Virus record (IMG/VR): IMGVR_UViG_3300013115_000259 | Strand: one strand, 5' to 3' | From: an uncultured virus (IMG/VR IMGVR_UViG_3300013115_000259) | Lineage: Duplodnaviria; Heunggongvirae; Uroviricota; Caudoviricetes | DNA length: 64,000 nt | Made by a program: the position numbers and the translations under genes | The notes under the pieces: model-generated | Databases searched by the model: none | What the model was told of the DNA's origin: nothing | Seen by the model: the letters and a program-made list of their open reading frames with translations, nothing else | In this document: piece by piece, positions 1 through 10,450 of the stretch | How positions within the stretch are numbered: position 1 is the stretch's first letter | How the letters are laid out: every line of letters starts with the position of its first letter

Positions 1-4
1 TGAA

Positions 5-415
5 TTGATCGCAGGCAATAATTCAGAGGCTCGCGAGGTTTTAGGAGGACTATTTAATTCGCCAGAGACATATAATACTTTGCAGGGAATAGCTTTGGGA
101 GAAAACACAGTAGAATGTTTCAGAGATTTAAGTGAGATTATTGATGAGTTATGGGCAGTTTTAGATGGCTTTATTAATGCTCAGATAAGGATTAATGCGG
201 CTCTCCCTCCTGCTGTTGCAGCCACCGCAGGGCCCGGAGCCCCAGCCGCCGGCGCATCTTTAGGAGGCGTTATTGGGCTTAATACAATTATGACAGTTAA
301 TCGAGGACTAAGCCCTATGCAACAAATTCGTAATAATAAAATGATGTGGGAGGCGAATCATTTGATGCGCCAAGGATATCGTTTCATTGAAAGTAAAAAC
401 GTGTTCACAACATAA
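5..415 (+). CDS. Hypothetical protein, probably 5'-truncated by the window edge; possibly the C-terminal part of a baseplate hub/spike-type protein
   Basis: ORF at the window start, upstream of the baseplate genes. The function is inferred from position only. Confidence 0.4.
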   Translation: MIAGNNSEAREVLGGLFNSPETYNTLQGIALGENTVECFRDLSEIIDELWAVLDGFINAQIRINAALPPAVAATAGPGAPAAGASLGGVIGLNTIMTVNRGLSPMQQIRNNKMMWEANHLMRQGYRFIESKNVFTT

Positions 416-424
416 GGAAACATT

Positions 425-3400
425 ATGGCAGACGAAACAACGAAATCATCATTTTTGTATCATCAAGATAAAAATCGCGACGGCTTAATAGACGTTTGTG
501 AAGAGGTAATCGATGTCGAGGATGCACTATGTCCCGATCTCGCATGTTCTCCTAATCCGAATGCATTAGTGGATGATTGGAAAACCAAGACGATAGAAGA
601 GCCGTTTTTAAACGAAAAGACATGTAAATATCAGGTTACAGTGGTAACTAAGTTTAAAACAACTATTCCGCCACAAATGCTAGATGATCCTAACTTAACA
701 GATGAAAAATCTGATGAGGCTATGGAAACGCGGTTTGATTTTTATGTTGAGGACGCGATTGCTTCTCTCTTGAATATATATGATAAAGATGATTCAGAAG
801 AATCTGTTGATGCCGTTAAGGCAGTTATCGAATATACTGCATATGATTTGGATCCTCGTCCTTTCTCAAGATTAAAGCTTTTATATTCAGTTCCTTATGA
901 TGATTTACAGAATTTAGAGGATGCCGAAGAAGAATCAGAAGATGACGAAGAAGAGGATGAGGGCACAGAAACAATTGTTACTTATGATGCTTTTACCCTA
1001 AAAGGGCGCCTTATCAGAATTCGCAAAGGCCTTAATTTATATAATCGTTATTTGAAGATGTATCGAGGATTGGAAGGTGGAAATCTTTTTTATGACGAAA
1101 GTAACGCTGTATTTCCCTTGGAAATGTATGGGGATGCAGGCTTCTTTCCCACTTCTTTGATGGGAAAGACATTAACTCAATTAGACAAATTCTTAATACA
1201 AAAGGGCTACAATTTGCCCGGTGTGGGGGGATTTGGTGGTGCCTTTAATGATCGTGTTGTTAAGATGGAGTTTAAATTTAGTAAAGAATTTGTACTCAAA
1301 AGATTAAAAATTTGGACAGAAGGCTGCGGCGAAAAGCCGATTATGTTTAATAAGAAATTAAAACCTCTATTGGCAATGTCCGCTTGGAAAGATCCAACCG
1401 CTATGGCTTATTTTGCTCGTGTAGAAAAAATGGAAACCGATTTTACTGCGCGCACGCCCAAGCCATGGCTTGAATTTATTAAAGAACACACATATCCCCT
1501 CGTATATGATACTACAAATTCTGTGTATGGAGATACAGATCCCGCAAACACAGCAATGAGTTGTATATCAGACGCCTTAAGAAACGAAGCAAAAGAACTT
1601 GGCCAAGACATTTTAGATGATGTTTTCAGTATCGGTGACGCTATAGCATATCAGTTCCGTGATAGTCTATGTCGTGCTTCTTTGGGAGAAATTATTACAG
1701 ACGATCTTCAGATGAACCTCATTTATGATCCCAATGCGAGAAGCATGAAAAGTCTTAAAACGATGGCGACTGAGCAAGCATTTAAACAGCTTCAACAAGA
1801 AGAGGCTGTTTTCGTTAATTTATGTGCGAGAATCCTTGGACAGGCCGCCGGATATGGCAATGGGTTGGATATTTTAAATGTAGTATGGAAAGAAGGCTTC
1901 GATAAGATTAAAATTTGTGGACTTTTTGATTTGCTTATAGATGCAATTGGTTGTTTATTATCAGGCTTATCTTTGGAAGAGGCGCTTGGTGGCATGATAA
2001 AGAGTGCCCTTACTGCTATGGGATTGGAGAATTTTGGCGATTTATTTGTTGGGCTGCCTCCAGACAAGCAAGCAGAGTTGGACGCGCTTGTTCAAAAGAA
2101 GCTAGAAGAGGGAGATGTTTTCAAAGAAGGCTCAACTAATCAGCAAATGTCAGACACCATAGCCGGCAAATTAGAATGGGAAAAACCATGGGAAACCGCC
2201 GCTGAAGAAAAAACAAGGAAAGAAACAAGACAAGAAAAAAGAGAAGCCCGCAAAGAGGAGCGAAAAAACCCCACCGAGATGTCTGCTGCAGAGATGCAAC
2301 AATCTTCTCAATTAGCACGAAGAACATTGGTTCAACAAATGGATATAGGTTCAGAAGCTAATCAAAATGCTCTTAGTTCTAATGTGGTTATGGAGGCGTA
2401 TATTAAGGCTCTCTTGGAAATATATCAAGACAATCTGTTAGAACTTTTGGACGAACTTAATAAATTCCCCGGCGCCCCAATTGTAAGTAGTATCATCGCT
2501 TTGTTGGATTGTCCACGTCCACCACTCTTTAACCCGAGTGTCATGGATTTTATTCAGGATATTGAATTGCCGTGGTGCCGCAGTATTCAGGATATTACAT
2601 TTCCTCGTTTAAATAATCCTTTTGGGTGGATCCCTCAATGGACAGATATTAAAGCGTTCATTTGGCTGGCAATTAGAACAGCATTACAAGAATTAATCTT
2701 GAAGATCATGATGAAGTTGCTTGTAAAAATTTGTGAAATAATAGGCAATGCCCTGTGTAGTATGTTAGGAGCAGCCGGATCTGCAGTTGCAGCATTGGCA
2801 GGTGGCACTCAAAGAACCTCTTTTAAGGATATTATTCGGGAATCAATTTGTGGCGATGACACGCCTGATGAGCAAATAGACAATACAATTGTAGATATGT
2901 TCAATTCTTTGGGCTCTGGTGGAGCAGCTTTAGCAGACAGAGAGCAAGTCTTGGCACTTTCAGAAGATCTTGCTTCTGCTGTTTCTAGAACTGAAATGAT
3001 GAATGCCTTCTTGGGGGATCCTTCTAATGAATTTTTAGATATTGCTAAAACTATTATTGATTATGAGTACCCCGATATGCAATCGGCATTCCCCAATAAA
3101 GAATCGATGGGCAATTTTTTTCAAAATGCTGGCAATTTAATGCCGGCTAGCTTTAAAGCTCAAATGCAAGATATGGTAAATAATCCAGTTGGCCCTCTAT
3201 TACCTGCCAATCCTAGCTTGTGTGCTACACCTCAACAATTGGAAGATTTTCATAATTTAAGATGTAGTCTTCTAGCGGGGAGAGCAACTGCAGCCCAGTG
3301 TGAGGCTATGAAGCCTAAGATGTTAGACGATTTGGAAGATTTGGCTGATATTTTGCAAGGCGGCATTCCCAACTATATTGCCAATAACATGCCGCCTCTA

Positions 3401-6400
3401 GTATCTGATCCTGGCTGCGATAACGGACTTCTTCCTTTTGAAACTGATGAACAAAAGGCTACGGTATCGGCTGCTTTGGGAGGAGATTTGGAACAGGTAA
3501 AGCTAGCGTTTTCTTATGATATGTTGGGCAACGGCCCCTTTAGAAATCAATGGGGATTTATAAACATGATTCTTGCAGATACTATGGGAATGCCTTTGAC
3601 TGCGCACTATCGAAGAGTGTTTAATAGACGCCGTTGGGTTGATTTTTATATAAACGACGATCAAGCCCAAGAAGATGGATCCAGCGAAGTCGCAGCCATC
3701 AACAGACAACGAGGTGCTTTTCCAACAGAAGTCGCTGGACATTTAAAAGGCGAGTTAGAGGACTTGGACACTACCTTTGTTTCTAACAATGAAGTGGAAT
3801 CAGACGATTATTTTTATCAGTCTTTTGAGATGTTAAATATTGATCGATTTGGTAAAAATATAGATTTATTATCTTTGCCTGATTTTGGTTACAACTACAC
3901 CACTACTGTAGAATACGAATCAGAGTCGGTTAAGATGACACGTAATGCGCGCAAAAAGACTCCAGATGTCTCCCTGTCGTATAGAGATTTAGCAAAGGGA
4001 GACACGGATCAAGATTTTTCATTCGGTTTTGAATTAGATTTTTTCCTTTCCGATTTGATAGAAGATTCAGACGGCAATGCAATGAATCGTTCTGAAATTA
4101 TAGAGATAGATGGAGAGGAAATTCAAACTCCTAGCGATAATGCCCGAGTTCTTCTTACTACATTGTATAATGCTGCAGCCAATTTGGATTTTTCTACAAT
4201 CCCTTTTATGACAAAGGCGGAAAAGGCAGACTTCAAGCGCACAGCAAAAGAAGCGGGAATTATTTATGATAGAAAATTTGAGTTTTTATCGGTAGACAAT
4301 ACTCTCGATGGAATTGATTTTGATCCTTATCCAGACTTTCTAGGAACTTTTGACTCGCAATCGACATATATGCCTCAGATTGTGCTTTTAACTGAAATAT
4401 TAAACAATAATGGAGCTAGTGTATCAAACGGAAATGTTAAAACATTTCATGACGAATTTATGTCTACGTTATTTTCTACCTTGGCTAGCGATATCGCGGC
4501 AAACACTGGATCGTTTGATTACGGCGCCGTATTCGACAATCTAACCAAAGAAGACACCGAATATGTAACCGACGATGGTGAGGATTACTTCGATGCCACA
4601 AATGATGATGGGGACACCTTGTCTAATGATGATATGATTTTGGGCGTTAGTCGAATGCAGTATGAAGTTGATAGCGGCCAACGTGACGATGAAAATAGAG
4701 TTTTCTACTTAGATCCCGCACAATACGGAGGGAATTACATGAATCCTCCGATTTATATTAAGCCTTTGAAAAATGAAGGCTGGCTAGGCTTTGTAGATGT
4801 AATGTTTCCTGAGTTAAGTCCATGCAAGCCTCAACGGACTGATTTGGTAGATTTTGAAGAAATTCAAAGTATTATAGATGATGCGTATCCTACATTGCCT
4901 GTAGACGAAAGATTAAAATCGGATCCTGATTGTGTGGTGGAAGTCCCCTATAATAGAATACTAGAAAGACCATCTGTAGCGGCAATTCAGGGGCTTATTA
5001 CGGCAGCTATTCGAATCTTTGTAAGCGTCCACTTTATCAAAGGAATGGCAACTTTTACTAAATTTTATCCTAAATTCACAGAAGTCTTTAGTTCCCTCTT
5101 CGCGCAATATATCGTAGAGGATATGGAATCACAATTTAAAAACACTCGAAAGAAACTCTTTCAAGGGCCCTTTAAAGATAGTGAGTTTTGGTATGCATTT
5201 TTAGAGCAATCGGTTCAAATGTATTCCCGAAGAGTGATGGATGGAAATATTATGAATCCACCTGAAAATGTATTGGCAGCTATGCTCAAAATCAACGATC
5301 TGCAAGATGCCTATCCTTATCCTTATCGAAGCGATTTAAAGGAAGCAAAACAGCTTGACGAAGTAAGCATTTTTAAAACTTTAAAAAATTATCGTTCCAA
5401 TATGAACCTCCAAGCGGTACAAGAGACTGAAGAAGCTGCAAAATTAGTGCTTAAAGAGTTGGTTAACGAACAGTTAAATTATATGGGTGAGAAATTTATT
5501 GATAATTTAGAAGGCGTAGGAATGGCTCCTGACGTATTTGATTTAGATTATTATCTTTTTGAGAATCTCACTCAAGGAAGTAGTTTGACTTTAGGTCAAG
5601 ACATTAAAGAGGAAGTAGTTGCGTTGCCAACCGAAGGGGAAGAATTATATACTAATGGTACCGAATTTACCGACGCAGATACTGGAGAAATGTATACAGG
5701 CTATTATCATGTTTATGTGGATGAAAATGGTGATACCATTTATATGGCAGGCGAGTTTCATGTAGATGATGATCACGCCAGCCTGCGCCCTGTGGCAGAT
5801 CAGGTAGTTGTGCCAATCGGGGATGTGCAAGATTACGGAACTGGAGCGACAGCAAGCACAGAACAACCATTTTTAATTGAAAAATATATAAGTATTGATG
5901 GCGTGAAAGTAGCGCCCGATACTGCTCTCGAAACTATTAAATCTAATGATAATAACTTATTGATATCTGAAGTGTATCCTGGCACCTTAGAACTAGTGAC
6001 AGATGCTGGCGGAAAAGTTGTAGGACTCGATGGAGAATTGGGAATAAGATACGGTTTGGAATTTTCAGTAGTAATGGATGGCACTGCTTATCCCGTAACA
6101 ACAGTAGAAGTTGATGCGCTTGATACATCTATTGGAGAAATAGCGCCCTTCGTAGGTGATAGCAAGTTGTTGCTTTGTTTGATTAATATGTTGAAACAAG
6201 ATGACACATACAAGTTGGTAGGACAGTATGTTTTTCCTCTAAAGAAAATACTAGCTTTACTAGCAATTTATAACGCTGAAGGATTTTTGCCGTCGATTGG
6301 AGAACTTACTGTCGAGAAGGGAATAGCCTTTGGAGGCGACGACGCCGGCGACATAGATCAAAAGCCTGGAATGATGGTGACGGTAGACGATGGAGTTGCC

Positions 6401-6733
6401 ACTTCCGAACCCGCAGTAGAGGGATGGACAAACGTGGAGGATCGACAGAGCACGTTTACTCCTTTTGTAAAGACATGGGATGAGTGGGATCAAGTATTAT
6501 TGAGAAATTCAAAAAGACGCATTAAAAAATTATTTAAAGTTCATTATAATTCTAGAGATTTTGAAGCAGGAATCGAAGATGACAGTGATACTCCAGGGAA
6601 GATTCTGTTAAATGGGCTTAGAGAGGCTTTAAAACCTCCAACAGGCCAGCATTTATTGCCCCGTTGGCAGAGGCGAATGCTGAGGGACAATCCCTTTAAT
6701 TCTAAGGGAGAACTTTGTGAAAAGGAAGATTGA
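425..6733 (+). CDS. Very large acidic hypothetical protein (2102 aa), probably virion/baseplate-associated
   Basis: Long ORF with AAGGA SD, directly upstream of the gp25-like gene. It has an N-terminal DKNRDGLID Ca-binding-like loop and many Cys residues. Confidence 0.6.
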   Translation: MADETTKSSFLYHQDKNRDGLIDVCEEVIDVEDALCPDLACSPNPNALVDDWKTKTIEEPFLNEKTCKYQVTVVTKFKTTIPPQMLDDPNLTDEKSDEAMETRFDFYVEDAIASLLNIYDKDDSEESVDAVKAVIEYTAYDLDPRPFSRLKLLYSVPYDDLQNLEDAEEESEDDEEEDEGTETIVTYDAFTLKGRLIRIRKGLNLYNRYLKMYRGLEGGNLFYDESNAVFPLEMYGDAGFFPTSLMGKTLTQLDKFLIQKGYNLPGVGGFGGAFNDRVVKMEFKFSKEFVLKRLKIWTEGCGEKPIMFNKKLKPLLAMSAWKDPTAMAYFARVEKMETDFTARTPKPWLEFIKEHTYPLVYDTTNSVYGDTDPANTAMSCISDALRNEAKELGQDILDDVFSIGDAIAYQFRDSLCRASLGEIITDDLQMNLIYDPNARSMKSLKTMATEQAFKQLQQEEAVFVNLCARILGQAAGYGNGLDILNVVWKEGFDKIKICGLFDLLIDAIGCLLSGLSLEEALGGMIKSALTAMGLENFGDLFVGLPPDKQAELDALVQKKLEEGDVFKEGSTNQQMSDTIAGKLEWEKPWETAAEEKTRKETRQEKREARKEERKNPTEMSAAEMQQSSQLARRTLVQQMDIGSEANQNALSSNVVMEAYIKALLEIYQDNLLELLDELNKFPGAPIVSSIIALLDCPRPPLFNPSVMDFIQDIELPWCRSIQDITFPRLNNPFGWIPQWTDIKAFIWLAIRTALQELILKIMMKLLVKICEIIGNALCSMLGAAGSAVAALAGGTQRTSFKDIIRESICGDDTPDEQIDNTIVDMFNSLGSGGAALADREQVLALSEDLASAVSRTEMMNAFLGDPSNEFLDIAKTIIDYEYPDMQSAFPNKESMGNFFQNAGNLMPASFKAQMQDMVNNPVGPLLPANPSLCATPQQLEDFHNLRCSLLAGRATAAQCEAMKPKMLDDLEDLADILQGGIPNYIANNMPPLVSDPGCDNGLLPFETDEQKATVSAALGGDLEQVKLAFSYDMLGNGPFRNQWGFINMILADTMGMPLTAHYRRVFNRRRWVDFYINDDQAQEDGSSEVAAINRQRGAFPTEVAGHLKGELEDLDTTFVSNNEVESDDYFYQSFEMLNIDRFGKNIDLLSLPDFGYNYTTTVEYESESVKMTRNARKKTPDVSLSYRDLAKGDTDQDFSFGFELDFFLSDLIEDSDGNAMNRSEIIEIDGEEIQTPSDNARVLLTTLYNAAANLDFSTIPFMTKAEKADFKRTAKEAGIIYDRKFEFLSVDNTLDGIDFDPYPDFLGTFDSQSTYMPQIVLLTEILNNNGASVSNGNVKTFHDEFMSTLFSTLASDIAANTGSFDYGAVFDNLTKEDTEYVTDDGEDYFDATNDDGDTLSNDDMILGVSRMQYEVDSGQRDDENRVFYLDPAQYGGNYMNPPIYIKPLKNEGWLGFVDVMFPELSPCKPQRTDLVDFEEIQSIIDDAYPTLPVDERLKSDPDCVVEVPYNRILERPSVAAIQGLITAAIRIFVSVHFIKGMATFTKFYPKFTEVFSSLFAQYIVEDMESQFKNTRKKLFQGPFKDSEFWYAFLEQSVQMYSRRVMDGNIMNPPENVLAAMLKINDLQDAYPYPYRSDLKEAKQLDEVSIFKTLKNYRSNMNLQAVQETEEAAKLVLKELVNEQLNYMGEKFIDNLEGVGMAPDVFDLDYYLFENLTQGSSLTLGQDIKEEVVALPTEGEELYTNGTEFTDADTGEMYTGYYHVYVDENGDTIYMAGEFHVDDDHASLRPVADQVVVPIGDVQDYGTGATASTEQPFLIEKYISIDGVKVAPDTALETIKSNDNNLLISEVYPGTLELVTDAGGKVVGLDGELGIRYGLEFSVVMDGTAYPVTTVEVDALDTSIGEIAPFVGDSKLLLCLINMLKQDDTYKLVGQYVFPLKKILALLAIYNAEGFLPSIGELTVEKGIAFGGDDAGDIDQKPGMMVTVDDGVATSEPAVEGWTNVEDRQSTFTPFVKTWDEWDQVLLRNSKRRIKKLFKVHYNSRDFEAGIEDDSDTPGKILLNGLREALKPPTGQHLLPRWQRRMLRDNPFNSKGELCEKED

Positions 6734-6760
6734 CCCTAATTATAGAGAGGTAAAAACAAA

Positions 6761-7129
6761 ATGGCTTCTTTTGGCGTAGCATTACCGTTAGAAAGAAATT
6801 CTGATGACGGCTATATGATGATTAGAAATATAAGAAAGTTAATTAAACAAAATTTAAAAATGTTAATCTTAACCAATCCTGGAGAAAGAATCATGGTACC
6901 AGAGTTTGGTGTGGGGATTAAGCGTTATTTATTTGAAAATTATGGTCAAGGGACAGAAGGGGCAATAAATAAAAAGATAAAAGAACAAGTAAAGATTTAT
7001 TTGCCAGTTGTATCCATCGTACAGATTTCTTTTGGTACCGCAGATCGAGACAATAATCGTTTAGGCGTCTCGATAGCGTATGCCATTCCAGAAATTGGTG
7101 CTAAAGATTTATTAGAATTTACTATTTAA
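6761..7129 (+). CDS. gp25: Baseplate wedge subunit, gp25/GPW family
   Basis: 122 aa with the 'IKQNLKMLILTNPGERIMVPEFGVGIKRYLFE' gp25 signature, a GAGG SD, and a gp6-like gene immediately downstream. Confidence 0.9.
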   Translation: MASFGVALPLERNSDDGYMMIRNIRKLIKQNLKMLILTNPGERIMVPEFGVGIKRYLFENYGQGTEGAINKKIKEQVKIYLPVVSIVQISFGTADRDNNRLGVSIAYAIPEIGAKDLLEFTI

Positions 7130-7145
7130 AAATTGAGGGTTTTTT

Positions 7146-8942
7146 ATGCCAGACGAACAAAAAAAGATTATACCGATTGATTATACTCATCGAGATTATG
7201 AAAGTATTCGAGATGATTTAATGGAAATCGCAGAAAGATTTTATCCAGATACTTTTCAAGATTTTAGCGATGCCTCTTTTGGGGCATTGATGTTGGATAT
7301 GGTAGCATATGTGGGAGATCAGCTATCCTTTTACCTGGATTATAATGTTAATGAATCATTTTTAGATACTTCTTATCAATATAGCAATATTCTTCGCCAT
7401 GGCAAGATCTTAGGATACAAAAGCACAGGACGCCCCTCTACCTATGGAGTAGTGACTCTTTATGTTTTGGTACCAGCCACAGCCACCGGTTTGGGTCCCG
7501 ATAGAGGATATATTCCCATTTTAAAAAAAGGAACACGCTTTACTTCGACTGGTGGACTAAATTTTATTTTAACAGAAAATGTAGATTTTGCTGCAGCTAA
7601 CAATCCCATGGTAGTAGGAAGAGTAAATCCCGCTACAGGCGCCCCCACTCATTATGCGATTCGAGCGCAGGGCAATGTAGTATCTGGATATTTTAGCCAA
7701 GAAACTAAAAAAATTGGAGCATTTCAACAATTTAAGAGAATAAAATTAACTTCCCCCAATGTATCAGAAATAGTCTCTGTGTTTGATTCGGAAGGACATG
7801 AATATTTTGAAGTTGATTATCTTGCGCAAGATATGGTTTTTAAAGAAATATCTAATAACAATTTCCTGAATGATAATGTTCCTTCTGTTATAAAGCCGTA
7901 TTTGGTATCTCGAAAATTTACACTAGAACGTGATCGATATAATGTATATCTACAGTTTGGAAGTGGAAATGGGGCAGAATCGGATGTAGTGGCAAACCCT
8001 CAATCAGTGGCAATTGATGTATTTGGAAAAGATTATGTGACAGATACCACTTTTGATCCTACTCGCCTTTCAAAAAACAAAAATTATGGAATCGTTCCCT
8101 CGAATACTACGTTGACAATCGTATATCGCGTTACAAACCCTTCTAATTCTAATACTGGTGCAGGAACAATCACAACAGTAACTGATGCTTTAGTTGACTT
8201 TGCAAATAGAGCATCGTTGAGCGCTGTTAAGACAAACGCAGTAGTATCTTCTATAGAGGTTTCGAATGAGGCGCCTATTGTCGGAAATGTTACAAACCCA
8301 ACTTCAGGCGAGATAAAAAGACGGATTTTTGATACGTTCCCTACTCAAAATCGTGCAGTTACACAAGCAGATTATGAGAATCTGACATATAGAATGCCAG
8401 CTAAATTTGGCTCTATTAAGAGATGCTCTGTGCAAAGAGATCCTGATGCTCTTAAAAGAAATATGAATTTATATGTAATTTCCGAAGATCAACAAGGATA
8501 TTTGACAAAAACTAACTCTACTATAAAAAATAACTTAAAAACTTGGATTAATCAGTATAGAATGATTAATGATACTGTCGATATTTTAGATCCATATATT
8601 ATTAATATTGGAATTAATTTTATTGTTAAGGCAGCCACTAATGCAGATAAATTTATTTTGCTAGATGCTTGTGTTCAATCATTAGCTCGCAAATATTCTA
8701 CTTCCTTTTTTATTGGAGAGCCCATCTATCTGAGTGATATATATATGACATTGAAAGATACTACTGGCGTTTTAGATGTTGTAAAGGCAAACGTGGTAAA
8801 CAAGACAGGCGGAAATTATGCCGGCACCGAATTGGATATTGAGAAAAATCTTTCTCCCGATGGGGACTATCTTATTGTACCCAAGAACGCAATTATAGAA
8901 ATTAAATTTCCACAAACAGATATTATAGGAAAGATACGGTAA
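7146..8942 (+). CDS. gp6: Baseplate wedge subunit, T4 gp6 / baseplate J-like
   Basis: N-terminal 'DYTHRDYESIRDDL...DFSDASFGALMLDMVAYVGDQLSFYLD...NESFLDT' and 'QNRAVTQADYE' motifs; adjacent to gp25. Confidence 0.9.
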   Translation: MPDEQKKIIPIDYTHRDYESIRDDLMEIAERFYPDTFQDFSDASFGALMLDMVAYVGDQLSFYLDYNVNESFLDTSYQYSNILRHGKILGYKSTGRPSTYGVVTLYVLVPATATGLGPDRGYIPILKKGTRFTSTGGLNFILTENVDFAAANNPMVVGRVNPATGAPTHYAIRAQGNVVSGYFSQETKKIGAFQQFKRIKLTSPNVSEIVSVFDSEGHEYFEVDYLAQDMVFKEISNNNFLNDNVPSVIKPYLVSRKFTLERDRYNVYLQFGSGNGAESDVVANPQSVAIDVFGKDYVTDTTFDPTRLSKNKNYGIVPSNTTLTIVYRVTNPSNSNTGAGTITTVTDALVDFANRASLSAVKTNAVVSSIEVSNEAPIVGNVTNPTSGEIKRRIFDTFPTQNRAVTQADYENLTYRMPAKFGSIKRCSVQRDPDALKRNMNLYVISEDQQGYLTKTNSTIKNNLKTWINQYRMINDTVDILDPYIINIGINFIVKAATNADKFILLDACVQSLARKYSTSFFIGEPIYLSDIYMTLKDTTGVLDVVKANVVNKTGGNYAGTELDIEKNLSPDGDYLIVPKNAIIEIKFPQTDIIGKIR

Positions 8943-10450
8943 TGTCAATTAAAAGATATAAAGCAGACTCTGACACTACCATTGTAAATGCTTATCAGCC
9001 TGATATGGTGACACGCGGTACAGGCGCCAATATGGGTTTAGCTGATGTTTTAGAAACATTTTCAATTTACGGAAGACAAGCGTCTGGCTCTTCTGAGCTT
9101 TCACGAATTCTAATTAAATTCCCTATCTCAGATATTACTACTGATAGAACAAACTCAGTTATTCCTGCTAGCGGCAGCGTGAGCTTCTACCTTCGCATGT
9201 TCAATGCAAAAACTTCGAAAACAGTGCCGGTGGAATATAAGTTAATTGTTTCTGCTATTTCTCAATCTTGGCAGGAAGGAATTGGGCTCGATCTAGAACA
9301 ATATAAAGACATTACCAAAGGAAACACTGGCGCAAATTGGATGAGCGCTTCAAATACAACAGCATGGCCCCGCCCTGGAGGGAACTTTTTAACAGGGGCA
9401 TCTGATATTGTTTTAAGCCAGTCTTTTCCTACTGGGCTAGAAGATTTAGAAATAGATGTATCTGATTTAGTTGAAAAGTGGATTGCCGGCACGTTGGGTG
9501 ATTATGGGATGGGAGTTTTTCTTTCTTCTGCGTATGAAGCTTATACCGGCTCCGGTGCACCCCAAGGATCCAATTTAGGAGGAGCGACTGTATCTTATTA
9601 TACGAAGAGGTTTTTTGCTAGAGGTACCCAATATTTTTTCAAGCGTCCAGTAATAGAGGCTCGCTGGGACGATTCACGTCGCGACAATAGAGGAGATTTC
9701 TATTATAGTAGCTCCCTGGCACCTGCTGCAGACAATCTAAACACAATTTATCTTTATAACTATGTGCGAGGAAGATTGAGGGATATTCCGCGAATCGGAA
9801 CTGGATCTATTTTAGTTAGCCTTTATTCTGGCTCTTCTGACAATTCAGTTCCATCTGGTTCTAAATTATCTTTACACGACGCCACGTCATATGTCACGGG
9901 AGGTTGGGTTTCTACTGGTATATATTCAGCATCGATTGCCATTACGGCAGCTGCCACTCCGCTGGAGACACTTTATGATGTATGGTACAGCGGATCTGTG
10001 CAATATAGTACTGGCGCTATCGCACCCAAAACATTGAGGGGAGGCATTGCGGTAGCTGCTCCGACTCATTATTTAAATATTACTAATTTAAAAGACAAAT
10101 ATCGTCACAATGAAGTGGCTCGTTTTAATTTGTTTATTCGTAATAAATACTGGGATCCGACAGTATATACTGTAGCCAACACCGCAGTTCCCACTAAGAC
10201 TATTCAAAGTGCCTCCTATACTGTTTACAGAGTTTTGGATTCATATAATGCTATTCCTTATGGAACTGGTGCGGATCTGCATACGGTTTTGTCTTATGAT
10301 GTTTCCGGAAATTATTTCGATTGTGATATGAGCCTTTTGCAGCCTGGATATGCTTATGCGTTTAAATTTTCTTTTTATGATCCGGAATTACAATCATGGG
10401 TGGAACAAAGTGAAACGTTTAAGTTTCGAGTAGAAGATTATGAGTATTAA
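8942..10450 (+). CDS. Putative baseplate/tail structural protein (beta-rich)
   Basis: Overlaps the gp6 stop (TAATG), is Ser/Thr/Gly-rich, and lies in the baseplate module. Confidence 0.55.
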   Translation: MSIKRYKADSDTTIVNAYQPDMVTRGTGANMGLADVLETFSIYGRQASGSSELSRILIKFPISDITTDRTNSVIPASGSVSFYLRMFNAKTSKTVPVEYKLIVSAISQSWQEGIGLDLEQYKDITKGNTGANWMSASNTTAWPRPGGNFLTGASDIVLSQSFPTGLEDLEIDVSDLVEKWIAGTLGDYGMGVFLSSAYEAYTGSGAPQGSNLGGATVSYYTKRFFARGTQYFFKRPVIEARWDDSRRDNRGDFYYSSSLAPAADNLNTIYLYNYVRGRLRDIPRIGTGSILVSLYSGSSDNSVPSGSKLSLHDATSYVTGGWVSTGIYSASIAITAAATPLETLYDVWYSGSVQYSTGAIAPKTLRGGIAVAAPTHYLNITNLKDKYRHNEVARFNLFIRNKYWDPTVYTVANTAVPTKTIQSASYTVYRVLDSYNAIPYGTGADLHTVLSYDVSGNYFDCDMSLLQPGYAYAFKFSFYDPELQSWVEQSETFKFRVEDYEY